NCBI GenBank assembly: GCA_950097015.1
Contig: CATNEN010000038.1
Coordinates: 29,326,001-29,390,000, forward strand
From: Macrostomum hystrix
Taxonomy: Eukaryota > Animalia > Platyhelminthes
Direction of reading: 5' to 3'
DNA length: 64,000 nucleotides
In this document: positions 34,725 to 48,100 of the stretch, in pieces
Layout: each line of letters begins with the position of its first letter
Position numbering within the stretch: the stretch's first letter is position 1
Notes under the pieces: generated by a model
What the model was told of the DNA's origin: nothing
What the model saw: only the letters and a program-made list of their open reading frames with translations
The model's database searches: none
Made by a program: the position numbers and the translations under genes

Positions 34725-37208
34725 ACACTTCAGGAACTGATTGCCAAGAAATTAAAAGAAACTTCAGGAACGGATTTCCTCGATTTACACTCTTCAGAAA
34801 CATATTTCCTAGAATCCTGCTATACAGGAACTGATTTCCTAGATTTAAACTCTTCAGGATCTGATTTCCGAGAATCCAACTATTCAGGAACAGATTTCCT
34901 AGAATCCTACTATTCAAGATCTGATTTCCTAGAATCCAGCTTTTCAGAAACAGATTTCCTAGAATCCTAGAATCCTAGAATTCAGGAACAGATTTCCTAG
35001 AATCCTACTATTCAAGATCTGATTTCCTAGAATCCTGCTATTTAGAAACAGATTTCCTAGAATCCAACTATTCAGAACCTGATTTCTTAGAATCAAACTA
35101 TTCAGGAATTGATTTCCTAGAATCCTACTGTTCAGGAACAGATTTCCTAGAATCCAACTCTTCAGGATCTGATTTCCTAGAATCCTACTGTTCAGGAACA
35201 TATTTCCTAGAATCCAACTTTCAGGAACAGATTTCCTAGAATCCAACTTTCAGGAACAGATTTACTAGAATCCTATTACTCAGGAACAGATTTCCTAGAA
35301 TCCAACTATTCAGGAACAGATTTCCTAGAATCCAACTACTCAGGAACAGATTTCCAAGAATCTAACTATTCAGGAACAGATTTCCTAGAATCCGACTATT
35401 CTGGATCTGAATTCCCAGAATCCAACTATTCAGGAACTGATTTCCTAGAATCCGACTATTCTGGATCTGATTTCCTAGAATCCAACTCTTCTGGATCTGA
35501 ATTCCCAGAATCCAACTATTCAGGAACTGATTTCCTAGAATCCAACTATTCAGGAACTGATTGCCTAGAATCCAAATCTTCAGGATCTGATTTCCTAGAA
35601 TCCAACTTATCAGTAACTGATTTCCTAGAATCCAACTATTCAGGATCTGATTTCCTAGAATCCTGGTTTTTAGAAACAGATTTCCTAGAATCCTACTATT
35701 CAAGATCTGATTTCCTAGAATCCTGCTATTTAGAAACAGATTTCCTAGAATCCAACTATTCAGAACCTGATTTCTTAGAATCCAACTATTCAGGAATTGA
35801 TTTCCTAGAATCCTACTGTTCAGGAACAGATTTCCTAGAATCCAACTCTTCAGGATCTGATTTCCTAGAATCCTACTGTTCAGGAACATATTTCCTAGAA
35901 TCCAACTTTCAGGAACAGATTTCCTAGAATCCAACTTTCAGGAACAGATTTACTAGAATCCTATTACTCAGGAACAGATTTCCTAGAATCCAACTATTCA
36001 GGAACAGATTTCCTAGAATCCAACTACTCAGGAACAGATTTCCAAGAATCTAACTATTCTGGAACAGATTTCCTAGAATCCGACTATTCTGGATCTGAAT
36101 TCCCAGAATCCAACTATTCAGGAACTGATTTCCTAGAATCCGACTATTCTGGATCTGATTTCCTAGAATCCAACTCTTCTGGATCTGAATTCCCAGAATC
36201 CAACTATTCAGGAACTGATTTCCTAAAATCCGACTATTCAGGAACTGATTTCCTAGAATCCAACTATTCAGGAACTGATTGCCTAGAATCCAAATCTTCA
36301 GGATCTGATTTCCTAGAATCCAACTTATCAGTAACTGATTTCCTAGAATCCAACTATTCAGGATCTGATTTCCTAGAATCCAACTATTCAGGAACAGATT
36401 TCCTAGAATCCTACTATTCAAGATCTGATTTCCTAGAATCCTGCTTTTTAGAAACAGATTTCCTAGAATCCAACAATTCAGGAACAGATTTCCTAGAATC
36501 CTACTATTCAAGATCTGATTTCCTAGAATCCTGCTATTTAGAAACAGATTTCCTAGAATCCAACTATTCAGAACCTGATTTCTTAGAATCCAACTATTCA
36601 GGAATTGATTTCCCAGAATCCTACTGTTCAGGAACAGATTTCCTAGAATCCAACTCTTCAGGATCTGATTTCCTAGAATCCTACTGTTCAGGAACATATT
36701 TCCTAGAATCCAACTTTCAGGAACAGATTTCCTAGAATCCAACTTTCAGGAACAGATTTACTAGAATCCTATTACTCAGGAACAGATTTCCTAGAATCCA
36801 ACTATTCAGGAACAGATTTCCTAGAATCCAACTACTCAGGAACAGATTTCCAAGAATCTAACTATTCAGGAACAGATTTCCTAGAATCCGACTATTCTGG
36901 ATCTGAATTCCCAGAATCCAACTACTCAGGAACTGATTTCCTAGAATCCGACTATTCTGGAACTGATTTCCTAGAATCCGACTATTCAGGAACTGATTTC
37001 CTAGAATCCAACTACTCAGGAACTGATTTCCTAGAATCCGACTATTCAGGAACTGATTTCCTAGAATCCAACTATTCAGGAACTGATTTCCTAGAATCCA
37101 ACTATTCAGGAACTGATTGCCTAGAATCCTACTATTCAGGAACTGATTTCCTAGAATCCAACTATTCAGGAACATATTTCCTAGAATCCTACTATTCAGG
37201 AACTGATT
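34725..37208. repeat. 30-bp minisatellite (CAGGAACTGATTTCCTAGAATCCAACTATT) downstream of NDRG, with higher-order repeats
   Basis: 30-bp period; the marker TTCCAAGAATCTAAC recurs at ~35352, 36040 and 36848. Confidence 0.96.
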
Positions 37209-38118
37209 TTGTTACAGTTGTTTAAAATTTCTTTATAACCTCCTCAGCTTTCACATAGTTCATTCTTTTTAACATGCACCTGCTTTGCTTAATGATTTGA
37301 TACTAATTACTTAGTGTAACCTTTGTGTCTCATTCTAATTTGTGCTTTGGCTTTTTGTCTTCCGTCGAACGAATTTGTTAACAATTTTTCTTGATTAGTT
37401 TCTAACAAGTCATATTCAGAAAGCCAGTTTTTATTAGTTATACTATTTTCTTTGTACTAATAATATACTTGACCTTAAATTCGCACTTTAAAAAGCTGCA
37501 AATTTCAATTGAAAAAAAGCTAAAAATAATCTCAGCTGTCCCTTGCACTTAGTTAAAATTATCGCATTTTTTAATATATACTTTCACTAAAATATTATGC
37601 TGTAGTTTTCAGAAAACACTATGTACTGCTTATATGCTATGTAAATTTTCATAGTGATTTGTACTACGAAATAGTCGCATCGTTCATGAAAGCTGATTGA
37701 CTATTTCCTTCATATCATCACAAAATTTCGCAAAAAAAACTAAAGTTGTAGTAAAAATAATAATAGTAATATATACTCGTAAATATATAAAGAGCATTTT
37801 GTTTCTATTTAAGCACTTGCTTTTCTGATGATTTTTAAATAGAATTTAACCATTTGTTATTAATTTTTTTACATTATTTTTTATGCGTAGAACACATTAT
37901 TATGTTGAACATATATATTCACATTAACATGCTATATAGAAAGTTAGCGATAAAAATTACACAAAGTAGCTCATCTAGACTTACTATGAATACTATTTGT
38001 AATTATGATTGATTTCACCTGTCACAATTGGGCCAGATGTGCACCTAATGCGCGGCGTACGGCTGTTCAGTCCATGGACTGTGGGGACGCCACACCCACC
38101 CTCAGTTATCCCATTTAA

Positions 38119-38937
38119 TAGTTAGAACTACAAAGGGGAAATCCCCCCCACCCGCCTGGCTGTCGTAATCCGGTTTTCATCCGGCCTCGTCCGGTTTCTC
38201 ATCCGGTGGAGGCGTGCATACATTTCGTCCGGATTCGCTCCGGAATTTGCTCCGCCCTGTCACCCGCGGTTTCCCGGATAGCTTCCCGGATGAATTTCCG
38301 GACTAATGTTGGTTGAGCACCCGGATGAAAGGTCAAATATGCATGTTTTCATCCGGTTTGTAAACTTTTCATCCGGCTCTCATCCGGCTTTTAAATGGGA
38401 CATTTGCATTACGTACCGGATGAAATTCCGGACGTCGCCCCGGATGAAAACCGGATTACGGCAGCCAGGCGGGCAGCTGACCATTTTTTGTGCTGCATCC
38501 GAAACGAAGCAACGCAAGCACACGAAACTCAGGAACACGGGGGCCAATTTTTTTTGCACATCTTCTGAAACAAGAATCAAGTCGCCAGCTCTTCAGACCG
38601 TCGAGATATTCAATGTTTCTGGCCGAAAGTCTGATTTTACCCATCAGAGATGGTGTATTACATACACCCCTATGCACGAATCAGCACTGCGCCTCAGTGC
38701 GGCCTTGCCAGGCCTTCAAAATTTATCTTCAAAGGCTACAACTGGTGGAAATAGGTCACTATGGAAACCCTGATGCGAATTCCTCCTATTTCACTGATCA
38801 AGCCTAAATATTAGACGCAGCTCAACCACAGGACACCATCGCCTAGTCTGTCAACCAATCAGTCACTACACAACGCTGTTAGCATTCAGGCGCTGCAAAA
38901 AATGTTCGATCGGCAAAATGGCTTGGTAGTCCTACTG
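38119..38937. mobile_element. Non-autonomous TIR element, family D, with TTAA target duplication
   Basis: TTAA|TAGTTAGAACTACAAAG ... CTTGGTAGTCCTACTG|TTAA; second copy at 30190-30621. Confidence 0.75.
38151..38473. mobile_element. CCC-terminated MITE (CMC/EnSpm-like) with 2-bp CA TSD and CCGGATGAAA subrepeats
   Basis: CA|CCCGCCTGGCTGTCGTAATCCGGTTTTCATCCGG ... CCGGATGAAAACCGGATTACGGCAGCCAGGCGGG|CA. Absent from the 30190-30621 copy of the host element. Confidence 0.85.
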
Positions 38938-39112
38938 TTAACAACTGGGTAATGCAGAATCGAACCCCCGACCTTCAATTCGTGAGTCTAATCTTGATCA
39001 CTAGCACTGTTTTACAAGTCTTACAGAAGTCTTTCAGCTTAAAAAATTGTCTATCATTGCGCAAGAAACTAATAAAATAAAACTGACACAAAGCATCTAT
39101 TGATTGATCGAT

Positions 39113-42100
39113 TCAATTGAATCGCGGAAACAGGAACTGCAGCGTCGGTACACCGTAGTTATAGGCCGCAATGCTGATGTACACATTGAAGGTGGTTCGA
39201 AAGATCGGACTCTGCGCGCCGCGGAAGCACTCAGCTTTGATCTTCATTTCGAACATGCGGCCAAGCTTGCCGGGCAGATCCGCATCCGGTATGCGCACAA
39301 TGGTGACGCGACCGTCTCGACTAAGAATGTCGAACGGCGCCTCGCGCGACTTGTCCAACAGGCGGTAGTGACAATTGCGCAGGTCGGCGTGAGTGGAGTC
39401 GATGATCTTTAGCGTGAAGTTCGCGTGCTTAGGCAGGACGTTGATCACAATGAATTTCACACTGTCTCCGTTTGTGGAATTGCACTGCCGATCTCCAGGC
39501 GGGCACGGTATTAGGCAGACCCTGTTTTAAGAATGCCGACATTGTACGGCAGTTCTGTCCATGGACTTGTGGGACCGTCACAGGCACACTCAGTAACCCC
39601 AGCTAATGCTGGTACCCATTTAACAGCTGGGTGAACTGAAGGAATGCAGAGTTAAGGGTCCTGCTAAAACCTAAAAAGATAAATTGTTCCACTGGAGTGG
39701 GGAATCGAACCCCCGACGCCGCTACGACTTGGCTAAAAGAACCTAAAAGAACCTAACGGTTTAGATATTACAAGAAGTAATTTTCCGCAAATAAGGTCCG
39801 CGTTCATTCTACAGCTACATAGAAATTCATAAGACTACAGAAGGCCGGATCGACTGTGAAGAAATGAGACGTCCATAAATAATACAGGATAATCCCATCA
39901 ACCAGAGCTCACCTCTGGCTAGGCTCATAGACATAACCAGCTGGGCATTGGATAGTTCTGCACTGATAGCCGCCTATCGTGTTCAGGCACTGTTGAAAGG
40001 CCGGGCAGGGCGCTGGGCCTCTGGTTGTCAGGCACTCGTCTACATCCTGACAGCGACCGGTTGCTATGACAACGCTGTAACCAGGCGGGCAGACGCATTG
40101 GTAGCCGGTCTCTGTGTCTCGACAACCGGCTTGGCAGGTGTGGCCAAACTGTGAGCAGGTTTGCCGCACTGAAAATGCATAGAAAATTTTGAATTGTCTT
40201 GGATATGCTGTATCGATTATCTCCCGAATCTCCCACTGTCCCAAATCTCCCACTCTCCTAAATCTCCCACTCTCCTAAATCTCCCAATCTCCCACTCTCC
40301 TAAATCTCATTTTCTACTAAATCTCCGATTCTCCAAAATCTCCCACTCTCCCAAATCTCCCGAATCGCCTATTCTACCAAATTTCCCACTCTCCTAAATC
40401 TCCCACTCTCCTAAATCTTCCACTCTCCCAAATCTCCCAAATCTCCCAAATCTTCCACTCTCCCAAATCTCCCAAATCTCCCACTCTCCCAAATCTCCCG
40501 AATCGCCTATTCTACCAAATCTCCCACTCTCCTAAATCTTCCACTCTCCTTAGTCTCACAATCTCCCAAATCTCCCACTCTCCCAAATCTCCCAAATCTC
40601 CCAAATCTCCCACTCTCCCAAATCTCCCGAATCGCCTATTCTACTAAATCTCCCACTCTCCTAAATCTCCCTCTCTGAAGCTCTCGTACTCCCCCAGTGT
40701 CCTACACTCTAATGCCAGCTCAAGCGAACTCTGTCTCAATCGTTTTTTTGAGCTCAGAGAATCTCATTAATAAATTTCTGTTGTCTGACTAGAAAATTTC
40801 CAAATATCAAGTCTCGTTGGCTGCTCCGGGTGGTGAAATGTACTTTATTTGTTATCCTATTTTCTCAGCGATTGGGTCTTGAAGCCTCAGCCACGTTATC
40901 AGACTCCTGACAGAATTGAATTAAACGCAGCGTTAGGAAGTGTTAGTCCTATAGGCAATCTACATGGTAAGCCATAGTATTTATCCCTAGGCTTAATATG
41001 TGTGGATCCTCGCGCGTGTTGGGTGATTTTGTGATCCGAGTTAATCCAAGATCAGTTCTGGTAATTTTCTTTTTTTTAATTTGCGTAGGAAATCCAATTC
41101 ATTCTCTTCGACTCTTCTACAAAAAATTATTGTAACCTATACGCTGAAATTCCGCCTTTAAAGTAGATTTCATGATTCACTGCGAATTAAGCTACTGCAA
41201 GTAGCATTTAACAATCTTTAGGGAATAATTAGTGCCGAATTTAAGTGCTATTTAGAAGTCTGCACGAGATTTCACCGATATCTGCAAGCTTTTATGAATC
41301 CGTATTTATGAGGCAGTGTACACTCTCACTGTGCCTTGGAGGCTGGCACTCAGAGGGGTAAATTGCGCGACAAGCCGCCAAGCCTTCTCTCCGCGGCTGC
41401 GTCCCAAATGAATGTGGCCTCGCCGCGGAATCGAGCTCAGGGACCTCGGCGCGAGAGGCAGATGAGATAGATGAGCTTTTTATTCTGTCGGATTTAACTT
41501 ACCGACGCAGTCTCGCTCCCAGCAGCCCCGAGTCTCAGCGCTGCTGCCGACACAGTCGGAGCCCCCGTTTCTCGGCGGCGGACTGTCGCAGCGTCGGGTT
41601 CGTCGAGTCCAACCGCCGGCTCCGCAGGACTGGCTGCACGGCGACCAGGCGGACCAATCAGAATAGGCGCCGTCTGCATAGATTCTCAAGCGAATCGTAG
41701 CCGACTCGGCGTAGCCCAACGGATTCTCGGCTACGCAGCGATAGACGCCAGAATCGGCGACCGGATCTGGACTGCTGAGCGTCAGCGACTCCGCTGTTCC
41801 TGACTCGGTTGACGGCTGCAGCGGGCGCGAGTCCTTTGTCCAGTAGATTCGCGGAGCTGGCCGGCCAACCGCCCGGCCGGGACAGCGGAGTTGCAACGGG
41901 CGGCCGGTTGGGGAGGCGGTCTCCAACGGAGCGCCGTCAAGGAACCGCGGCCGGCCGTCCGGCGGTGCCGTCAGCGACAGTTCGGCGCGGCTGCTGCCGC
42001 CGGGACTGAGGGCGGTGCAGGCGTAACGGCCGACGTCTGCCGCCTGCGAATAGAGTCAAAAAAGATCAGGATTCACATCTGATATGGGATCTCCCTGTTA

Positions 42101-45100
42101 TTTTAGGATTCCCCTGTTTTGGGCATTCCCCTGTTTTGGGGATTCCCCTTTTTCCGGGATCCTCCTGTTTTTGGGATTTACATGTTTTGGGAATTCCCCC
42201 TTGGGGATTCACCTGATTTAGGGATTCCCGTGTTTTGGGGATTCACCTGATTTAGGGATTGCCGTGTTTTAGGGATTCACTTTATTTAGGGTTCCCGTGT
42301 TTTGGTTTTAAGAGTCCTAGTTATTTTGTAATTCACTTTTTTCCATTATTTTAGGATTCATGTGTTATTTTAGATTTTCCTGTTTCAGTACTCCTCTGTT
42401 TTGGGATTCCATTAATTTATAATTGGATTCAGTTTCTTTTAGGATACCCCCATTTTCGGGATTCCCTTGATTTTGGTATTACACCGTTTATATTGACAGT
42501 TAGGATTCCTCACTCCAGGAGTTTCTAACGAACATTTCTTATTTTCTAAGTCTTACCTCAGCCCTATTAATAATCAGAGTTCCGTTGTCATGAACAATTA
42601 TTCTGCCTGCAGTTCGCAGCAGTTGTCCGTTGCGTCTCCATTCGATCTGGGCAAATTTTCCGCGAACCTGGCAGGTCAGGGTCACCGTCGGGTAGAGGCC
42701 GCTCAGATCCGTGGCCTGGAGAATATTCAGCACCTCGGGTGGGCCTGAAACAGTCGTTTTGCAATCCAATATATTAGTACTTTTAGTAGTAAAATCGCAT
42801 AATCTCATTATTGCTCTTAATGCGATTATCTGCTTTTTGACTTGGTCAGCGATTGGAAAGGAAATATTTTAGCCCAGTGTTAGTTAATCTACTGTCTACC
42901 AAGGCTATCTACTGTCTACCTAGGCTATCTACTGTCTACCTAGGCTATCTACTGTCTACCTTGGCTATTTACTGTCTACCTAGGCTATTTACTATCTACC
43001 TAGGCTATCTACTGTCTTCCTAGGCTATCTACTGTCTACCTAGGCTATCTACTGTCTACCTAGGCTATCTACTGTCTACCTAGGCTATTTACTGTCTACC
43101 TAAGCTATCTACTGTCTACCTAGGCTATTTACTGTCTACCTAGGCTATCTACTGTCTACCTAGGCTATCTACTGTCTATCTAGGCTATTTACTGTCTACC
43201 TAGGCTATCTACTGTCTACCTAGGCTATTTACTGTCTACCTAGGCTATCTACTGTCTACCTAGGCTATCTACTGTCTACCTAGGCTATCAACTGTCTACC
43301 TAGGCTATCTACTGTCTACCTAGGCTATTTACTGTCTACCTAGGCTATCTACTGTCTAACTAGGCTATCAACTGTCTACCTAGGCTATCTACTGTCTACC
43401 TAGGCTATCTACTGTCTACCTAGGCTATCTACTGTCTACCTAGGCTATTTACTGTCTACCTAGGCTATCTACTGTCTAACTAGGCTATCAACTGTCTACC
43501 TAGGCTATCTACTGTCTACCTAGGCTATCTACTGTCTACATAGGCTATCTACTGTCTACCTAGGCTATCTACTTTCTACTATGGTTATCGGCTGTTACAA
43601 ATAATCAGTCTCAATTTTAATTTAGGAATTTCACATGCTTATCACGCTTATCATTCATGCCACTCTGTAAATGTTCAAATTTAGTATTGATTTTTTAGTT
43701 TCAATTGGTTTCTTGAAATTTTTGCACCGCGGATTCTAGCCATCCAGTGTAGTTTCATTTGCAATCAAAACATTTTAATTAGGTACTTTTGCGATTTTTA
43801 TAAATGGGACTCGTATTTATATTTTCGCCTAATTACGAGTACTTTAAATTAGCATGTCCGAGTTGCTATGGCTATATTTATGCCCGTCCGAACCCACGGA
43901 AACACTCAATTTCTATAGCAAGCCCGCATCCAATGAAGCTGCTCAGTTACTATGGCTATTTCATAGAAATCCACATTTCAGGACGCTCTTACTTGTAATG
44001 CTAACTTAGTTATTCAAGGAAGCGCATGGATATCAGTTTCTAAAACAAGTTTTACCATCCGTATCCAAGGAAGCCCTTCCGTATCCAAGGAAGCCCTTCC
44101 GTATCCAAGGAAGCCCTTCCGTATCCAAGAAAGACCTTCCGTATCCAAGGAAGCCCTTCCGTATCCAAGGAAGCCCTTCCGTATCCAAGGAAGCCCTTCC
44201 GTATCCAAGGAAGCCCTTCCGTATCCAAGAAAGACCTTCCGTATCCAAGGAAGCCCTTCCGTATCCAAGGAAGCCCTTAGTTGCTATGGATACTTTTAGC
44301 ATCGGATATTCAAGGTAGCGCCCCGTTGCTATGGCCTCACCAAGCACAGTGACATTAGCTACAAGCCTTCGCAGCCTTCCAGCCTCGTTGACAGCCTCGC
44401 ATTCGTACAGGCCTGCATCAGCCAGTCGAAGCCGACTGACAGAGTAGACGCCGAAGCCGCTGCTACTAATTGAGTCCGCCCGTAGTCGAGTTCCATTGTG
44501 GTGCCAAATTATTTGTGGGGCTGGGCGCCCATTGGCCGAGCAGCGAAGTTGAATCCAGCCGTCAATATAAAAATCGTAATTTGGAGCGTTTTCTCGCGAG
44601 ACTTCCGGCGGTCCTGATACCTGAAGAATCAAATATTTGTCGTGATGAGTAATATTATTTTATTCATCAGTCTCTGTGGCGTATTCTTCAGTGTTGATTC
44701 TGGCGTTTGTCTATGTGACTATATTCCTTTGTCTGATGCTTTGTCTGCGTCTATAGCTGCGTCTTTGTCTAAAGTTGCGTCTTTGTCTGATGCTGTCTCT
44801 TTTCCTGAAGTTGTGTACGTATCTGATGTTGCGTCTTTGTTTGCGAAGTTGCGTTTGAAGTTCTGCCTTTGTCTGTGTCTAAAGCTGTGCCTTTGTAAGA
44901 GTCTGAAGTTGTGTCCTTGTCTGCGTCTGAAGTTGTCTTTGTCTGAGGCTAAAACCGTTGTGTCCCTGTGGCTGTGATGCTAAAAAGGTCGCGTTAATAT
45001 TTAATATGACGCAGTCGATCACCAACTCTGACCTCAATTTGGTCGTCTGTTACACTAGGCGGCGTTAGTACTCGCAGCAGCACCTCGGCTGAGTGGGCAC

Positions 45101-48100
45101 CGGCAGAGTTCTCAGCTCGGCACTGGTAAGATCCTTCGTCAGTCTGACTGACCCGCACAATGACCAGGCTCATTGTAGTCAAGCCACTGTCATCGATAGT
45201 AATCGACTGTCTGTAACGCGCCGATGTTGCAAGTTCAACTCCGTTGCGGTACCAGGAAAACTTCGTTCCGGAACCGTCGCTGTTGCTGCTGCTGCTGCTG
45301 CTGCTAGTAGAGGCACTCCGCACCTGGCAGACAACTGCAGCGTCCGTTAACATGCCCGGTATCTGGGCGACAGTGACCACTGGATTGGTTGGCGCCACTG
45401 ATGGACGATCTAGATTAAGCATAAAGAAACATAAATTAACTAGGAGAATTTAACTTTCTTTGACAATGATCTATTTGTTAAAGATTTTTCTGATTTGCTT
45501 TGTAATATGGAAAGGCAATCGAGAAAGAAAGTTGGTTGCAGCTTAGCAAGCTCGCACTTTTGAACGAGAGGTTGCTAGTTCGATTCTCAGCCCCAATTTG
45601 TAAAGAAACTTTCAAAGCCCTCCGATCGACGTCATCATTGTCAAGATATTCAGCGATTCTTGTCGAAGAATCTGGTGACAAGGACAGCTAGCATGGCTAT
45701 GTGTAAACCTCTATATTGTAACTAACATGGTTATATGATAAACTTTCGTGAGCAGAAAAACAACGCCTATATTAATGGCTTGTGCTACCTGACACCGGGT
45801 GAGAATCCTTGAATATCTAGACGATACCGATGTTTGTGATTCTGGAAGTTGTTTCCTCGGATGGAGGGTAAATTTAAACTTTAAACTTTAAACTATACTT
45901 AATTTAAACTTTAATTTAAACATTTAAACTATCCATGCTTTAAATGCGTTAATTTACTACAGTGGCAGACTGTCTCGCAGATGATGGATTGTTTTGAAGC
46001 AGTTGACGATTTCAATGCGGCCGCCTCCCAATTCCGCCCAACATCAAAATGGTTTTGCCGCGTTTTTTCGACGTCAAGACAAGCTCGGCAAAATTGAAAG
46101 CGACGGGTTTGCTGCTCGCTATCCAGAAAAAAATACGTCCTACAATCACAGCTTGTGGCGCCCAGGCGTTGAACACTAGTTCTGTCTCACCTTTATTTAG
46201 TCAAGCATTTTAAGGTCGGAAGTTTGCTATAGGTTTTTAGATTGGTCAAAAAACAGTAAGTTAACTGTGGTGGATTTGAGTGCCTGCCTGCCCCATTGCT
46301 ATATGTAGCGTCGTCACGTGTACGCCTGGCGCTTCCCCCTTCTCTGTGTGCGTGTTGCATGTGCATTTTGCGGTAGGTGTCGCGTCAGAGAGAGATAGAG
46401 AGAGTACATGTACGTGCGTGCGACCTATCACTAAGCTTTAAAGGTAAAATATAAAGCAACTGTTGGCAACCTCAGTGGCACCCGAACCAAAATCTCAGTA
46501 AACAACAAGGCAGTTTGCGCTAGAGTTCAACAGTGACACAGCGATTCTTCAATGGTGCAGCATAGACTCCAGAAAGCGAGGATTTTAAGAGCGATGGTCA
46601 CCAGATTGGTCCAGAATGCCCAAGACCTGCTGAAGACAGAGGCTGAAGACATCTACAGTACTGGGAGCCCTGCGCCTCAACCAGCAGCAACTGCAGGCAA
46701 CAGATGAAGAACTGGCTGCTGACGTTGACGAGAAAGCTCTTCAAGAGGAGGAGGAGCAAACGCTAGAGCAAGACCTGCTGGCAGGAAGGACGATTTCGAG
46801 CCTAACCAGACGGCTGCAGACACTTCAAGACCGTCCACTCCACAACAACAGCGCGCAAACTTGACGACTCAGCCGGCGATCAGGCTACCGAAGCTGCAGC
46901 CACCGTCATTCAGTGGAGATCGCATTCTGGGACCGCTTCAGCTCAAGCATCCATGACAACCCTAGTCTGAGTGTCGTTGACCAATTCAGCTTTAGTCGGA
47001 ACGCATGACATTTTTCAACCTGCATGGAGTCAAACCTTTTTGAGCATCTTCCGAAACAGCGATAAAGTCACCACCTTTCATGCACGTTGAGATATTTCAA
47101 TGACCCCAGGAGCGCATATGTATTTAGTTTATATCCCTTTACGCTAGTCAGTTCAAATTTTATCAGACTTAGTTCATCTTCAACTCGAGTCTCACCTATC
47201 ACTTCCAGTACGCGGTCCATTGTGTCGATGCCTGCTGAGTTTCTTGCGGTGCAACGAAACACGCCGGCATCGGTGGGTCTGATTTATTTTAAAACAAAGA
47301 AAGATATATTTACGGTAGAATTATTGTCCGAGTATCCCTTCATCAATTTGCTTTTTTCCCTTACCGCACATTAGCAATGTGCATATCGCCTGAGTCACTT
47401 AGCCTGTAAAACGGATTATTCCAGTAAATCTGCGAGCCGTTCTTGCTCCATGTGACCAGAGGCTGTGGATCGCCGCTTGCTCGACAGTCGAGTGTGGCTT
47501 CTTGGCCGGCTGGGACTCGAATCACTCGACTACTGGGCGGCTGGATGACAGGTGCGACTGTCACGACAGGTGATGGGAGGCAGATGGAGATTAGTGTACA
47601 GTAATCTACTATGCACACAAGCTATAAATCTAATCTACAAAATCTCCTAAATTATCTAAAAATTCCAATATACAGAGTCAAATCTAAGAAAGATTCGAGA
47701 CACAAAAGTCCAGTCGATGGAAGGTCCAATCTACAAAGACTCCAATATGCGAAACTCTAATCCACAAAGAGTGCAGTCTACCAAGAGTCCAATCTATAAG
47801 GACTCCAATCTACACAGACTTAAGTCTACAAAGATTCAAATCTACAAAGACTTAAATCTAAAAATAATCCAATCTAAAAAGAGTCAAATCTACAAGGACT
47901 CAAATCTAAAAATAATCCAATATAAAAAGAGTCAAATCTACAAAGACTCAAATCTAAAAATAATCCAATATAAAAAGAGTCAAATCTACAAAGACTCAAA
48001 TCTACAAAGACTACAATCTACAAAGACTACAATCTACAAAGACTCAAATCTAGTCAAATATAAAAGAATGATGTGCAAAATGGTTCCCGAACGACAGAAA

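Larger units (their letters stand above)
38030..39006 (-). mobile_element. Family B SINE interrupted by nested DNA transposons
   Basis: 38030-38118 and 38938-39006 join into the family B sequence CCCATTTAACAGCTGGG...GAATCGAACCCC. Confidence 0.7.

Noticed and set aside
45478-45681. Short minus-strand ORF in a hemicentin intron (possible extra exon)
   Set aside because: No Ig signature and no recognisable family; the flanking exons splice in phase without it.
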